Source of the DNA: Octopus sinensis
Taxonomy: Eukaryota
NCBI RefSeq assembly: GCF_006345805.1
Contig: NW_021834054.1
Coordinates: 1-27,124, forward strand
Reading direction: 5' to 3'
Length of the DNA stretch: 27,124 nucleotides
The translations under genes were made by a program, and so were the position numbers. Numbering within the stretch: position 1 is the first letter of the stretch; each line of letters begins with the position of its first letter. Shown here in pieces: positions 9,796 through 20,245 of the stretch. The notes below the pieces were generated by a model that worked only from the letters and a program-made list of their open reading frames with translations, was not told where the DNA came from and did no database searches.

Positions 9796-10040
9796 TGGAA
9801 TTAACGATATCACTCTGTGTGGATGTATGTGAAAGAAGTACTTCTGTTTCGGCACGTCTTGCGCGTGACTCATTCATTTAACATATAAATTCACATTTTT
9901 ATTATATTCCGTTTTACGCATAAACCGTAGCTTACTGAGAAGATGAATGGAGCTAGGCTACATTTTTAATATCAAGAATTAACTTTCTAAGAAGACAATT
10001 CATCTTGACGTCGTCGTCGTTGTCGTCTTAATCACCATCG

Positions 10041-10080
<40 letters not shown>

Positions 10081-10486
10081 AATAGTAGTAGTACTAGTCA
10101 TGTCGGCCCCCAAGGGATTAACATTTTGAAACAAGCCATTGTTGTATATTAGTTATGTATTAATGTTAAAAGAATTGTTTGTATTTCTGATATACTTTAC
10201 ACGGCTTAGAAACCGAGTGCGAAGAACACAGTACACGGAGTTAATCCCCTTTCTCTATTATTAACTGATTTTCTGTTCTTTTTTTTACTTATTTGTTTGC
10301 TTGTTAGCTTTCAATTCATTAGTATACATACTTTCGAAAAGACATTTTCAACTCTTTGCGTTTCTCTCTCATCTCATCCATTCTCATCTCATCTCTTCTC
10401 TCTCTCTCTCTCTCTTTTTTTTTTACACACGCACACACACACACACACATACACACACGCATATATATATATATAAAGGCTTGGCT

Positions 10487-10917
10487 GTATGGATACTCTC
10501 TTTACTCTTTACTCTTTTACTTGTTTCAGTCAGTTGACTGCGGCCATGCTGGAGCACCGCCTTTAGTCGAGCAACTCGACCCCGGGACTTATTCTTTGTA
10601 AGCCCAGTACTTATTCTATCGGCCTCTTTTGCCGAACTGCTAAGTGACGGCCACGTAAACACACCAGTATCGGTTGTCAAGCAATGCTAGGGGGACAAAC
10701 ACAGACACACAAACATACACGCACACATATATATATATGTACATATATACGACGGGCTTCTTTCAGTTTCCGTCTACCAAATCCACTCACAAGGCATTGG
10801 TCGGCCCGAGGCTATAGCAGAAGACACTTGCCCAAGGTGCCACGCAGTGGGACTGAACCCGAAACCATGTGATTGGTAAGCAAGCTACTTACCACACAGC
10901 CACTCCTGCGCCTATAC
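10487..10917 (-). mobile_element. Full-length SINE family B (tRNA head, CORE-like domain, internal TA/CA microsatellite, LINE-like tail)
   Basis: Head AGGCGCAGGAGTGGCTGTGTGGTAAG..GGTTCAGTCCC. CORE-like CCTTGGGCAAGTGTCTTCT..AGCCTC. Tail GGCGGTGCTCCAGCATGGCCGCAGTC..TGACTGAAACAAGTAAAAGAGTAAAGAG. Resembles octopus OR-type CORE-SINEs as I recall them. Confidence 0.9.
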
Positions 10918-10919
10918 GA

Positions 10920-11050
10920 AGCTCGTTTTGCAGCCACGTGATTTCAAGTTCAATCCCACTGCATGACACAACGTACAAGTGCCTTTCACTGTAGCTTCAG
11001 GCTAATCAATGCCTTGCGAGTGAAATTGGTAAACGGAAAGTGTGTAGAAC
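10920..11050 (+). mobile_element. Old SINE family B head/CORE fragment
   Basis: Degenerate TTCAAGTTCAATCCCACTGCATGACAC..CAAGTGCCTTTCACTGTAGC..AATGCCTTGCGAGTGAAATTGGTAAACGGAAA. Confidence 0.65.
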
Positions 11051-12214
11051 TCAGAATGTAAAGAGTTGGAAGAAATACCGCAGGGCCTTTTCATCGATTA
11101 CCAGCGCATGTATTTATAAGTTTATTAAGAGATATTTGTCTCTAGCCGGGGGATAAAATTTCTTATCGATGTAATGCAATTCCATTTCTTATGCTATTCC
11201 TGTTTGTTCTATATAATTCTGTCCGCCATAACGAGATTGTTAAATATTACATAAATTAGGTTTCCATTCTTTATTTTGAAACAAGGTCTTTATTAAAGTG
11301 AATTTCTGATCCTACACATAAGTTAAAATATACCTTACATTTGGATCACCCACGTTTCATTATTGCTGGTTCTTCTGATGTTAAATGTCATTTGGTATTT
11401 GTTACTACTCTTTTATTTTAGTGGGGTTTTTTTTAGCAAGAATTGGTGTTTGCATCGGTAAATTTTGAACATTAAAAAAATTATAGTTTAAGCTTCGTCG
11501 TTTCTAGGATTATGCTTAAAAATGTATGATAGAATTTTTTTCTATTTAAGTATGATATTTTCCATTACCTGTCTCAGTATCAAAATATCAACTGTCTTAA
11601 CTCGGTGCATCCCATAATCTATTGAGGATGGTGGATAATGTCTGTTGATGAGTATATTTTAAAGTTCTTGAAGTCGTATATCGGACACGACTGTGCATAT
11701 TCTATTGGCTAGATTAGTTGGAATACCTGTTCTAGTGCGCTTCGAGTGACACGAAGTAAAGAGTAGATATTGTTTCAAGTAAGTCGGTTTGTAACATTCG
11801 AGTGTTGACTCTATTCCATAGTGAATCAAATATTATTTATTCAATTATGTAATATTTTAAATTCATTTAATTTCATTTAACTTCATTTAATTTCCTAGTG
11901 ACGAGATTGTCTAGAATTTTTTTCCAGTTATATCTAAAATATAGATGGAAAGTTTCTGAACTTTTGTAGCACTTCTTGATATATTTTGATTTGAACTATC
12001 GCGTTACTTAATTTGCCTAAGTTGGGGCTATTTTGGTAAACATGGTGGTTCTGAACTTTTCCCAGTAATAGTTAATATCAAACTTGAACTAGTCTTTTGG
12101 AGAAAAAAAAACTTTAATTCTTCAAATATCAAGTACGTTTTAAATGTTCGGGAAATTCTTCTGCAAAATTTTCCAGCCAGAATTTTATCGTTTCTATTCC
12201 ATAGTCACGAGGGA

Positions 12215-12520
12215 TATTTATCCTTAACTTGTTTCAGTCATTGGACTTCGGACATGCTGAAGCCTTGAAGGGTTTGAACAAATTGAACCCAGTACTTATT
12301 TTTTAAAGTCTTGTACTTATTGTATCTGTTGCTCTTATCGAACCGCTAATTCACGAAGACATAAACAAACATCAGTTGTCAGGTGGTGACGAGAGTACAA
12401 TCATAAGGCATTAGTCGGCCCGGAGCTATAATAGAAGACACTTGCCCAGGTTGCTCTGTTGTGAGACTGAATTCGCAGTTACATGTTTGCAAAGGGAGTT
12501 TATTAAACACACAAGCATGC
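12215..12520 (-). mobile_element. Old diverged SINE family B inserted in the decayed PLE
   Basis: ACTTGTTTCAGTCATTGGAC tail and AAGGCATTAGTCGGCCCGGAGCTATAATAGAAGACACTTGCCCAGG CORE-like segment. Confidence 0.75.
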
Positions 12521-12711
12521 TCTTAGACAATGCTCGTATACATGCTCGCATAAATGTCTACTCATCTGTCGTTATTGGATGAGAAAACATATCTAGATGA
12601 TCTTTTATAAAACGAAATCATTTTAATAAAACTTATGAAAAATTTCTTCAGATGATGAGTTTCATATCTTGGGAAAGATATTATTAGTTTTAATTATAAA
12701 TCATTTGGTGA

Positions 12712-12800
12712 CGCATAGGCGTAGCTGTGTGATAAGAAGTTTGCTTCCCAATCACATAGGTTCAGTCCCACTGCATGGCACTTTGGATAAATGTCTTCTA
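12712..12800 (+). mobile_element. SINE family B head/CORE fragment
   Basis: GGCGTAGCTGTGTGATAAGAAGTTTGC..GGTTCAGTCCCACTGCATGGCACTTTGGATAAATGTCTTCTACTATA. Confidence 0.75.
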
Positions 12801-12974
12801 CTATACATCAAAACATATATTTCTGAATTCTTTGCTTGTTTCGCATATTATCTTTCTTATGAAAAATCTTTAGTAAGCCATAGAAAATACTAAATTTACA
12901 TGTAAAATAAGTTATAAAACCACATTTTTACCGGTAATTTTTTTTCAGTAAAAATATAACAAAAATAAAATATG

Positions 12975-13115
12975 TTCCTTATTTACATTTGACGGATATT
13001 TGTCCTCATCTTGTTAGTTGTTAACAAAACGTTTCGGCTGATATACCCTCCAGCGTTCAGCAGGTGATTTAGGGAAGTTTCGAACCTGGATTCTCATTCC
13101 TAAGGTATTTTTCGA

Positions 13116-13150
<35 letters not shown>

Positions 13151-13313
13151 TCACTGCCTGGAATCGAACTCGCAATCTTGGGGTCAGTAGCCCGCGCTCT
13201 TAACCGTGGGCAATTATGGAGTGAATTTTAGGGTTTATTTGACAACTATCCGTCAAAGGTAAATAATGCAAATGATGTACATAATTCCTCATCTCTTAAA
13301 TATAGAACTGTAT
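12975..13313 (-). mobile_element. Solo (ORF-less) pLTR of the 6772-7620 PLE family, with an inverted tail piece at 13241-13313
   Basis: The reverse strand matches 7371-7620. 12979-13004 and 13241-13266 are inverted copies (24/26 identical). Confidence 0.85.
13023..13068 (-). ncRNA. Hammerhead motif (family 1), second copy; stem II intact, core mutated
   Basis: Reverse strand: ATCAC-CTGCTGA-A-CGCTG gagggtatat CAGCC-GAAA-C-GTT/TTGTT. The core reads CUGCUGA instead of CUGANGA. Confidence 0.6.
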
Positions 13314-13689
13314 CACATTTTTGACCGGTCATTTTTTTTTTTCAATAAAAGTATCTCAACAAAATATGGTTATTGATAATTTTCTTCTAGTTGTAGCTTC
13401 TTTTCTTTTGTCAAATTTTCTCCGAGTCTACAGAATTTTTAAAATGTCATCTTTAATTTCATTAAAATTCGATCTTCGGCGGGTTGGTGATAAATTTTAG
13501 TCCTTTTGCTAGCATATCGATTTGTCGTATTGTTAGTGTGTCTTTGATAAATTTATTACTTTTATTATTTTTTATTACTGTTGGTCTCTTCTGATTCTTT
13601 GGTTCCATCGGGTATCTCGGTGTTTCTTGCCACGCTCTAGAAATCGTTACTATAAACTGTTTTCCTATGAATTGGCTTTCATCTTTGTT

Positions 13690-13781
13690 TTTATCTTTAT
13701 CGTTAACGTCGTCTTTATTGTCCTCTTTGTCGCCGTCGTCATTATCATTGTTATCATCGTCATCATCATCATTACCATCAC

Positions 13782-13815
<34 letters not shown>

Positions 13816-14357
13816 GCCGCCGCCGCCGTCGTCGTCATCATCATCATCATCACCATCACCACCATCGTCATCGTCATCCTTGTCAATAGTATAATCATCC
13901 TCCTTCTCTTCCTCCACCTCCTCCCCCACCTCCTCCTAGTCATCGTCAGCGTAGTTGTCGTCATCACCATCAACAACGTTATCGTCATTAATATCGCTGT
14001 CGTCGTCGTCGTCGTCGTCGTCATCGTCATCATCACCACCATCATCATCTTAGCATTCATCGTTACTACTACTAGCCCTGCTGCTCTACTACTACTACTA
14101 CCACCACCACCAACGACGACGACGACGATGACGATGATGACGATGATGATGATGGCGTGGACGACGATGACGATAATGTCGACGACGACGACGACGACGA
14201 TGATGATGATGATGATGATGATGATGACGATGACGATGACGATGATGATGATGATGATAATGATAATGAACATGATGATGATGATGATGATGACGACGAC
14301 GACGACGAAGATGTCGAGAACGACGACGACGACGACGATGAAGAGGATGATGATGAC

Positions 14358-14389
<32 letters not shown>

Positions 14390-14400
14390 CGACGATGGTA
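13690..14400. repeat. Head-to-head (CAT/CGT)n then (GAT/GAC)n microsatellite
   Basis: Directly visible; strand polarity switches at ~14060-14110. Source of the poly-D/M/I ORFs. Confidence 0.95.
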
Positions 14401-14519
14401 GAGGTTAAAACGGGTGGGAGATGAAAAGGATTGTATCTTTCTTCTGTCAAAAATATCATATCAAATGAATTGCTTATTCTTTGGGAATAACTTACAAAAA
14501 TCGTTAGGTAGTTGTGTTT

Positions 14520-14583
14520 GTTCATACACAAGTATGTAAGTATGTATGTATGTATGTATGTTATATATATTATATATATATAT

Positions 14584-14643
<60 letters not shown>

Positions 14644-14664
14644 CACAATGCATATATACATACA

Positions 14665-14700
<36 letters not shown>
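14520..14700. repeat. (TATG)/(TA)n/(TG)n microsatellite
   Basis: Directly visible. Confidence 0.95.
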
Positions 14701-14704
<4 letters not shown>

Positions 14705-14859
14705 AGTGAATGTGTGGTAAGTAGCTTGCTTACCAACCACATGGTTCCGGGTTCAGTCCCACTGCGTGGCACCTTGGGCAAGTGTCTTCTACTATAGCCT
14801 CGGGTCAACCAAAGCCTTGTGAGTGGATTTGGTAGACGGAAACTGAAAGAAGCCCGTCG

Positions 14860-14896
<37 letters not shown>

Positions 14897-14958
14897 ATAT
14901 GTTTGTACGTCTGTGTTTGTCCTCCCAACATCGCTTGATAACCGATGCTGGTGTGTTT
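14701..14958 (+). mobile_element. SINE family B, 5' two-thirds
   Basis: Near-identical to the reverse complement of 10670-10910 (GGTTCAGTCCCACTGCGTGGCACCTTGGGCAAGTGTCTTCTACTATAGCCTCGGG..GAAAGAAGCCCGTCGTATATA). Confidence 0.9.
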
Positions 14959-14959
14959 T

Positions 14960-15210
14960 CGTAGGACGTTATTGCCTGAGGTTACTGTGGTCTTTTCCGG
15001 AGGCTTTTCTTTCCACGGATGAACCTAATCTGTTTTTCTTTTTGTAACATTTATAATATTTTCTGTGATACACGGTCGGTGCTTTTCTTTTTTTCGTGAT
15101 CCCCTTTTGATCGAGATTTTACTTTTATCTTTTTCTTTTTTCAAAAAGAAAAGCTCTACATTGTATTTTGTCACCTCTGTGTTCGGCCCTGTGTAGCTAA
15201 TAAAGAAACA

Positions 15211-15212
<2 letters not shown>
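14960..15212 (+). mobile_element. LINE-like 3' end (T-rich UTR, AATAAA, microsatellite tail)
   Basis: Ends TGTATTTTGTCACCTCTGTGTTCGGCCCTGTGTAGCTAATAAAGAAACA and runs directly into (TATC)n. The LINE assignment is an inference from architecture only. Confidence 0.5.
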
Positions 15213-15290
<78 letters not shown>

Positions 15291-15315
15291 CATCCATCCA
15301 TCCATCCATCCATCC

Positions 15316-15380
<65 letters not shown>

Positions 15381-15382
15381 GC

Positions 15383-15428
<46 letters not shown>

Positions 15429-15430
15429 CC
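15210..15430. repeat. (TATC)n/(CATC)n/(TGTC)n tetranucleotide microsatellite
   Basis: Directly visible. Confidence 0.97.
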
Positions 15431-16079
15431 AAACAATCAGGCTATCTAGCTATCCAACTACTATTTTCCTTTTGTTCTGTCTGTAGTTATATCTGACTGT
15501 TTCTATGCATTCTACAATGAATATCGACAATGAAAACTTGTGCCAAAAAGACAAAAATAGCCTCTCCATTTCCAATAGAAATCTGCTACGCAACACCAAA
15601 CGGCAACTCTAGTCATTTCTACTTCGATGCTCAGATCAACATTTTAAGGGGATATTCTTTTATTCTCTCTTTCGCTTCTGTTGTTTGTCAGGAAACTATG
15701 ATCTAAGATGGTGTTATTTCATTTCAGTCTATTAAAAAATGTCTAATGGTATAGGAACGAATTGAGTTACGTCTTTTTTTTTTAATTTCTAGTTTCAAAT
15801 CCTGCTTTGACCAGCGGCGGCAATTAAAAAACATAAGTCATTTACTGACGTCAATTCAATGTGTTCTATATTACTCGTATAAGCTTATCGACTTGAGACA
15901 ATGTGAGGAAACAAAGATGTCGTATGGTTGTCTTAAAAATGATTAAATAAGAATAAATGAGTGTAGACATGGTTTGTGTGATTATGAAGTAGGCTTGACG
16001 ACTCCGTGTTTTCCAACTCGATCCCACTCTTTAATGGGTATGTGTATTTTACCACAGTGTATGGTGAGCTAATGAAAAG

Positions 16080-16480
16080 GCACAGACTGGCGTGACTGCG
16101 TGATTAAGAACTTCTTATCTCAACTCAGGTCCATTCGCAGAGTACTAGGTACTAGGACAAAATCCACCCCAGGACAAATTCCCTCTTTTGGACAAAATCC
16201 CCGGCAGTCAATATTCCCCGGGATATTGTTCTTTCTTTACAATAAAAATATTTTAGGAAAGTGAAATTTTACAAAAAAAAAAAAAAAAAAATCTATCAGT
16301 TGAAATTTTTGTGTAAAATTTGTCCGCAGGGAATTTGTCCTCAAGGGATTTTGTCCTCGTGGGAATTTTGTCCTGGTACCGCATGACACATAGACCAAAT
16401 TTCGTCTATTAATATTCTCGGGTCAATCAGAGCTTTGAGGAAGAAATTTGAAGACGGTAACTCGAGACAGACGTATCTCT
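16080..16480 (+). mobile_element. Old SINE family B head/CORE remnant split by a MITE
   Basis: Degenerate GGCGTGACTGCGTGATTAAGAA..CAGGTCC before 16148; GCATGACAC..CTCGGGTCAATCAGAGCTTTG..GACGGTAACT after 16380. Confidence 0.55.
16148..16380. mobile_element. 233 bp non-autonomous TIR element with subterminal repeats
   Basis: Ends GGTACTAGGACAAAATCC and GAATTTTGTCCTGGTACC. GGACAAAATCCC-like motif three times on the left and inverted four times on the right; A-rich centre. Confidence 0.85.
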
Positions 16481-16751
16481 GATCACTTAGCCGGGCCTAA
16501 AGGGAGTTCTCCGTTGCCCTAACACATTTCTGTATGTGTGTCTCTTCGTCGCCGTTGTTGTTATTGGATAGCATGACATCCGCTTCGTAAACCATTACCT
16601 CTCTGTTGCATTGACCATTCACTGTGCACTCAAAATTTGCCTTATATGAGCATCCTGTCGCTGTCTTTTTGAATCTACATGAACAGTTGAATGAAACCTT
16701 TGAGTTATGTCTACTGAAAAAGTATCTATATCTTTGGGGCTGTGTAAAATG

Positions 16752-17885
16752 TTATCCACCAAACCAAAGATGATCCTTCTTACGCATGCTTTCATGTTGA
16801 GTGAGAAAGGTGGAGAGACCACAGGGCTTCCTGGTTTCGCTTTCTCGTGGATGTTAAGGCCAGATATGAATGATGCTGTCCTTAAACACCTTCGCCAAAA
16901 TGTTATGGATTTTTACTATTTTTTCTCTTCTTTTTACCATCACCAAGTGAACCAGGAATATATATACCTCCAGCGTAAAATTTCTGACAAGTATGTCTGA
17001 AGAATCGTCAATATTGCCAAGCGCAATAGTCGGTGCGAAACAGTTAGTAATATTCCAAACAAGTAATATGCCATAACCAGTTATAAACAGCATTACAATA
17101 AATAGATTTATACATAAACACGCATACACACATACGTACATACATACATACATACATACATACATACATACATACATACATGCATACATACATGCATACA
17201 TGCATGCATACATACATACATACATGCATACATACATACATACATACATACATACATACATGCATACATACATACATACATGCATACATACATACATACA
17301 TACATACATACATGCATACATACATACATACATACATACACACATACACACATACATACATACGTACATACATACATACATACATACTTACATACATTCA
17401 TACATACATACATACATACATACATACATACACACATACATACGTACATACATACATACATACACACACACATACATACATACACACATACATACATACA
17501 TACATACATACATACATACATACACACACACATACATACATACATACACACATACATACATACACACACACATACATACATACATACACACATACATACA
17601 TACATACATACATACATACATGCAGGCATACATACATGCAGGCATACATACATTATACATACATACAGACATACATACATATATCATATATATATGTGCG
17701 TATATACATACATATATACGCACGTATCTCTATGTGCATATATATATGCATATATGCATGTGTGTGTGCATATATGTACGCATATTTTATATATATATAT
17801 ATGCATATATACATATATATATACATTTGTATATATATATATATATATATATTTTGGATTAACCTTATATATATACATACATTTG

Positions 17886-17944
<59 letters not shown>

Positions 17945-19167
17945 ATACATACACAGACATATACATTTATATTTCTATACGCGCGAGCGCATGTTTCTTG
18001 CCAGATATATATTAGGCATCACTCTCATCTTATCCACCAAACCAAAGATGATCCTTCTTACGCATGCTTTCACGCTGAGTGAGAAAGGTGGAGAGACCAC
18101 AGGGCTTCCTGGTTTCGCTTTCTCGTGGATGTTAAGGCCAGATATGAATGATGCTGTCCTTAAACACCTTCGTCAAAATGTTATGGATTTTTACTATTTT
18201 TTCTCTTCTTTTTACCATCACCAAGTGAACCAGGAATATATATACCTCCAGCGTAAAATTTCTGACAAGTATGTCTGAAGAATCGTCAATATTGCCAAGC
18301 GCAATAGTCGGTGCGAAACAGTTAGTAATATTCCAAACAAGTAATATGCCATAACCAGTTATAAACAGCATTACAATAAATAGATTTATACATAAACACG
18401 CATACACACATACGTACATACATACATACATACATACATACATACATACATACATGCATACATACATGCATACATGCATGCATACATACATACATACATA
18501 CATGCATACATACATACATACATACATACATACATGCATACATACATGCATACATGCATGCATACATACATACATACATACATACATACATGCATACATA
18601 CATACATACATGCATACATACATACATACATACATACATACATACATACATGCATACATACATGCATACATACACACATACACACATACATACATACGTA
18701 CATACATACATACATACATACTTACATACATTCATACATACATACATACATACATACATACACACATACATACGTACATACATGCATACATACATACACA
18801 CACACATACATACATACACACCTACATACATACATACATACATACATACACACACACATACATACATACATACACACATACATACATACACACACACATA
18901 CATACATACACACATACATACATACATACATACATACATACATACATACATACATACATACATGCAGGCATACATACATGCAGGCATACATACATTATAC
19001 ATACATACAGACATACATACATATATCATATATATATGTGCGTATATACATACATATATACGCACTTATCTCTATGTGCATATATATATGCATATATGCA
19101 TGTGTGTGTGCATATATGTACGCATATTTTATATATATATATGCATATATACATATATATATACATT

Positions 19168-19206
<39 letters not shown>

Positions 19207-19304
19207 GATTAACCTTATATATATATATATATATATATTATACATACATTTGTATATATTATATATATATTATATACATACATTTGTATATATATATATA
19301 TAAT

Positions 19305-19336
<32 letters not shown>

Positions 19337-19416
19337 CATACACAGACATATACATTTATATTTGTATACGCGCGAGCGCATGTTTCTTGCCAGATATATA
19401 CTAGGCATCACTCTCA
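16752..19416 (+). repeat. Direct tandem duplication (copy 1 16752-18027, copy 2 18030-19416), each ~350 bp unique sequence plus a (CATA)n/(TA)n array
   Basis: Both copies start TTATCCACCAAACC and end GGCATCACTCTCA, with a 2 nt TC at the junction. I counted three substitutions in the unique block; the microsatellite lengths differ. Confidence 0.95.
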
Positions 19417-19959
19417 AGCTGAGAAGTTAATAACTTGAGTCTCTCCTTTTAGTCCACCTTAGTTAAGTACTTCTATATTTTAATAACAGATGCCGAATTT
19501 ATTCTAAAATAATTACAAGAAACAGAGAGGAAAATGTATTAAATATAAAGGGTCGTTCAACAAATGCCGTGCAGAATCAAATGCAACAACGTAAGCTAAT
19601 GTTTTCACACACACACACACATACTCCGGCAAACACATGCATACATAATGTATATGCATACTGTATATGTATGTGTATGTATATACAGATACAGCCGCGA
19701 GCACATACACACACATGCTTGTGTGAGTACGTATTGTATAATAATAGTTTAGTAGTATAGACATTTATCTGTTCAGACTTGTAAGAAAATTTTTGTATAT
19801 TCGCAGGTGAAAAATAATGCTAAAGATAGAAAATAAAGTCAGAATATATCTCTCTGTATCTTTCGATCTCTCACCATGTCCTTTATATATCCATATATAT
19901 ATATATATATGCATAATCTATATATTTACACATAGACGTATAGAGGAAGAACAGAAAGA

Positions 19960-19986
19960 AAGAGATGGAGAGAGAGGGGAAGAGAG

Positions 19987-20020
<34 letters not shown>

Positions 20021-20177
20021 AAAGAGAGAGAGAGCTAAGTGTGTGGAAGGCGGAAACAAAAGAGAGAGAAATGGAACGATATTGTTTGAAAGATACGTTG
20101 GTCGGCGGGTAATGGGGTTGAGGTCGTCTGCTTATAAGAATTTACTTTTTCATAAGTGATATTTAAAATTCAAAGTA

Positions 20178-20223
<46 letters not shown>

Positions 20224-20245
20224 TGTGTGTGTGTGTGTGTGTGTG
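19960..20245. repeat. (GA)/(GATA) and (TG)n microsatellites
   Basis: Directly visible at ~19960-20035 and 20180-20245. Confidence 0.9.

Larger units (their letters stand above)
11100..13690 (-). pseudogene. Old, heavily decayed second Penelope-like element (N-terminal domain, RT and GIY-YIG), interrupted by later insertions
   Basis: Minus-strand peptide islands in the correct order: LTIRQIDMLAKGLKFITNPP (~13470-13540); EIKDDILKFCR; RFIKDHLDMFSHP (~12600); YGIETIKFWLENFAEEFPE (12212-12130); TTMFTKIAPT*AN (~12030); YKPTYLKQYLLFTSCHSKRTRTGIPTNLANRICTVVSDIRLQEL*NILINRHYP (11793-11610); NLIYVI..GQNYIEQTG..IRNGIALHR..RQISL (11260-11105). Confidence 0.85.

Noticed and set aside
13627-14931. ORFs up to 288 aa
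   Set aside because: Trinucleotide and dinucleotide repeat translations. Only the last ~60 aa of 13462..13929 is real (PLE N-terminal remnant).
16619-19316. ORFs up to 332 aa, including non-repetitive peptides MSTEKVSIS.. and ..FIVMLFITGYGILLVW..
   Set aside because: Mostly (CATA)n. I translated the unique block in all six frames and found no recognisable family. A faint likeness of GLNIHEKAKPGSPVVSP to the PLE GLPKIHK motif is too weak. A tblastx/HMM search would decide.
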